Shown here: in pieces, positions 62,801 through 64,000 of the stretch
How the letters are laid out: each line of letters opens with the position of its first letter
Position numbering within the stretch: position 1 is the stretch's first letter
From: an uncultured Solirubrobacterales bacterium
Lineage (GTDB): Bacteria; Actinomycetota; Thermoleophilia; Solirubrobacterales; Solirubrobacteraceae
Assembly: GCA_963812595.1 (NCBI GenBank)
Contig: CAWEVQ010000010.1
Span: 101,050 to 165,049 of the forward strand
DNA length: 64,000 nt
Reading direction: 5' to 3'
Translations under genes and position numbers: made by a program
The notes under the pieces: model-generated
What the model saw: the letters and a program-made list of their open reading frames with translations, nothing else
Databases searched by the model: none
Told to the model about the DNA's origin: nothing

Positions 62801-63397
62801 AAACGACGACAGCAACGCGCCGGTGTTGGGGTCGTAGACGAAGATCATCGCGGGCTGGCGCGGAGAGACGTAGAACAATCCTTCTTCGCCGAGCACGTAC
62901 ACATCGCCATTCGTCGGGTTCACCGCAACACCCGAGTAGTGCGCAGACCCAAACGGCGACGGCGGCGAGAGCAACTTGCCGGAAGGATCGAGCTTGACCA
63001 CCGTCGAGGAGGGGGCGGCAAGCCCTTCCGCGACGAGACTCGACACGAACAGGTCTCCAGACCCTTCCACAGCGACGCCAACCGCGAACTGCTCATGCGC
63101 GCTGAACGTTCCGTTAGAGACGAGCGTGGGGGGTTCGGCGTGGGCGACGGCGACAGTGGAGAGCGCAAAGAGGGTGGCGAGTGCACACAGCGCTATGAGA
63201 GAGCGAGCCACGAAGGGTGAGGCGATCAACCTGCGCGAAGACGCACCACTCCCTGGGGCTTGAAGGAAGCCACGGAGCGTCGCGAAGCGACCGGTCTTCG
63301 GCGTGACGGCGGCCTTCGCGGTGCGCTCTGTGAGGTTCACCTTGTTCTCCTTCGTCGAGGTTGTGAAGTGGTAAATCGATCGGCGGTGGCGTGTCAT
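59897..63397 (-). CDS. Module 3 gene A: secreted NHL + Fn3 + TolB-like propeller protein (start 63397 or GTG 63340)
   Basis: Intact ORF; closest to module 1 gene A. Confidence 0.85.
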   Translation of the reverse strand: MTRHRRSIYHFTTSTKENKVNLTERTAKAAVTPKTGRFATLRGFLQAPGSGASSRRLIASPFVARSLIALCALATLFALSTVAVAHAEPPTLVSNGTFSAHEQFAVGVAVEGSGDLFVSSLVAEGLAAPSSTVVKLDPSGKLLSPPSPFGSAHYSGVAVNPTNGDVYVLGEEGLFYVSPRQPAMIFVYDPNTGALLSSFEVPASRNYSGIFTDVQIAADSAGNVYVPVVPENKVLEYSPSGTLLKTFTGSGAGALKEPTGVAVDSSGNLWVADRGDDRIEELSPADVKVAEIKSEGAYSVALDGHGDVFALVDNGADSCNLLTPPCVHLIEYSAEGRQRADVGAGSFGSEPPYSMVAVDQASGSVYVTDGQREAIWVFEPPTTPVVDRELTTEVGVSEAKLGALVNPGGIPTVYRFEYGPTGAYGSSTPFPEGSVGEGLESHAVWASANGLAPGSTYHYRVVASNELGTAYGPDQTFTTLTAEQAACPNEQMRGGFSARLPDCRAYELVTLPVKSSSQFDAEPLVSYDSKIAADGEAISLYAREPRPGAPNAGEEYVATRGAGGWVAEDVMPSESYDGIECPEFQAMFAYSEQLTKGVVQVGGGSNASESGDGNHTEDPQSCNPEGRQVVGGEPVGYENLLVRDNATGTYQLVNALPSGVVPANVYFQGASADLSHVIFTETSPLAEGAQYGVENLYEWDEGALRLVSVLPDGTAVPGSLAAKAYPEAEGVVSSDGSHVLFTYGGALYDRIEGQRTVQIDEKQGGSGPSGGGSLKAATSDGSKVFFLDESKLTARSTAAPGEPDLYECALGEGASKCELTDLTVAAGSEHADVLSVTPLGSHDGSYVYFTAKGVLASNTREFTNSEGKTVVEGAQAGQQNLYLWNGSKTAFIAIVNTNDYGQNGIEQTSPDGEWLAFESTNSLTGYDNVEPNNEHASELFLYGAASGQLVCASCNPTGEHAVEGGGVAPFGESRELHSGEASRIRRRLLTDAGQVFFQATEGLVPSDTNGRLDVYEYEDGGAHLISSGTSAYESSLEGASESGNDVFFRSDQALVPQDDQEGQIVIYDARVDGGFAEASSPPACTTADACRTPVAPQPSVFGAPASQTFSGVGNLTPPSPEVVKKVTKKTVKCKQGLVKNKKGTCVKRPKKKKTKAKRATNDRRGK

Positions 63398-64000
63398 GAG
63401 GGCTGCTCCCGGTCGCAGAGCACGCTGAGGCGCCGCGCGACCTTCGCGCCCAGCGGCGTCAGCTGCCACGCGTTCGGCTCCCCGCTCTGGTGGCCCCCGC
63501 CGGTGTTCACCGCGAGACCCAAACGCTCCAAACGCCGCAACAGCTTCGAGATCTGCCCCGGGTCGGTGACCCCGGCGCTCTCCGCGACCACGCGATTGCT
63601 GGGACCGGAACCCCGCCCACCCAGCTCCGCGATGCATTCCAACACCCGCGCCGTGCGGTAGGTGAGACGCATATCCACCTGATCCAACGGATCGCTCTCC
63701 GCATGCGCGGAAACCGGCCCACTGTGCGGCGGCGCCGGGCGCGGAGCGGGAACAGGACGCCTCTGTTCGCGACGCGCAGCACGCGACCCCAAATACTGCA
63801 GCGCGATCATCCCCATCAACTCGTCCAACAGACCCACCAACGGACGATGGTCACCGTTACGCAGCCGCGCATACACCACGCCAAGCGCCCCACCCACCAG
63901 CCCTTCCGCCGTAACCAACGTGCACTCCTCACCACGCGCGCCCTCGCGACGCCCCTCATCCAAGACCGCCGCCAAACGCGCAAGAATCTGCTCACGACGC
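63394..64000 (-). CDS. Module 3 TetR-like dual-HTH regulator (5' part outside window)
   Basis: C-terminal half paralogous to 45503..46555. Confidence 0.8.
   Translation of the reverse strand, partial: RREQILARLAAVLDEGRREGARGEECTLVTAEGLVGGALGVVYARLRNGDHRPLVGLLDELMGMIALQYLGSRAARREQRRPVPAPRPAPPHSGPVSAHAESDPLDQVDMRLTYRTARVLECIAELGGRGSGPSNRVVAESAGVTDPGQISKLLRRLERLGLAVNTGGGHQSGEPNAWQLTPLGAKVARRLSVLCDREQPS

Overview
High-GC actinobacterial DNA. Gene content and signal-peptide style suggest Thermoleophilia/Solirubrobacterales (inference). Left part: PAP2 gene; a cobalamin-riboswitch-controlled ECF operon with two DUF4430-type proteins and an S-component fused to a prenyltransferase-like barrel; a ferredoxin-reductase-like gene; VapBC; a Tcp/Tn916-type (MPF-FA) conjugation-like cluster with no relaxase, coupling protein or integrase in view; an ECF sigma factor; YihY; a tail-collar protein. 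The main feature is a three-gene module repeated three times on the minus strand (24.4-35.8, 37.7-46.9, 55.5->64 kb): a two-HTH TetR-like regulator, a ~1150-aa secreted propeller/Fn3 protein (A) and a ~1450-aa secreted protein (B). The copies have conserved scaffolds, hypervariable loops, mosaic ancestry and polybasic tails. Copies 1 and 2 share a canonical promoter and a long hairpin- and (CT)n-containing leader. A class D-like group II intron sits exactly in the TAA|TG junction of module 1. Between modules lie an ATPase-DUF234 gene flanked by copies of the hxlR 3' end, two nucleotidyltransferase TA-like pairs each broken by an IS (IS1595; an atypical Mutator/IS256-like IS with 57-bp TIRs), lon and hxlR. 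Many single-base frameshifts between ~3 and 34 kb, and none obvious to the right, probably include long-read errors.
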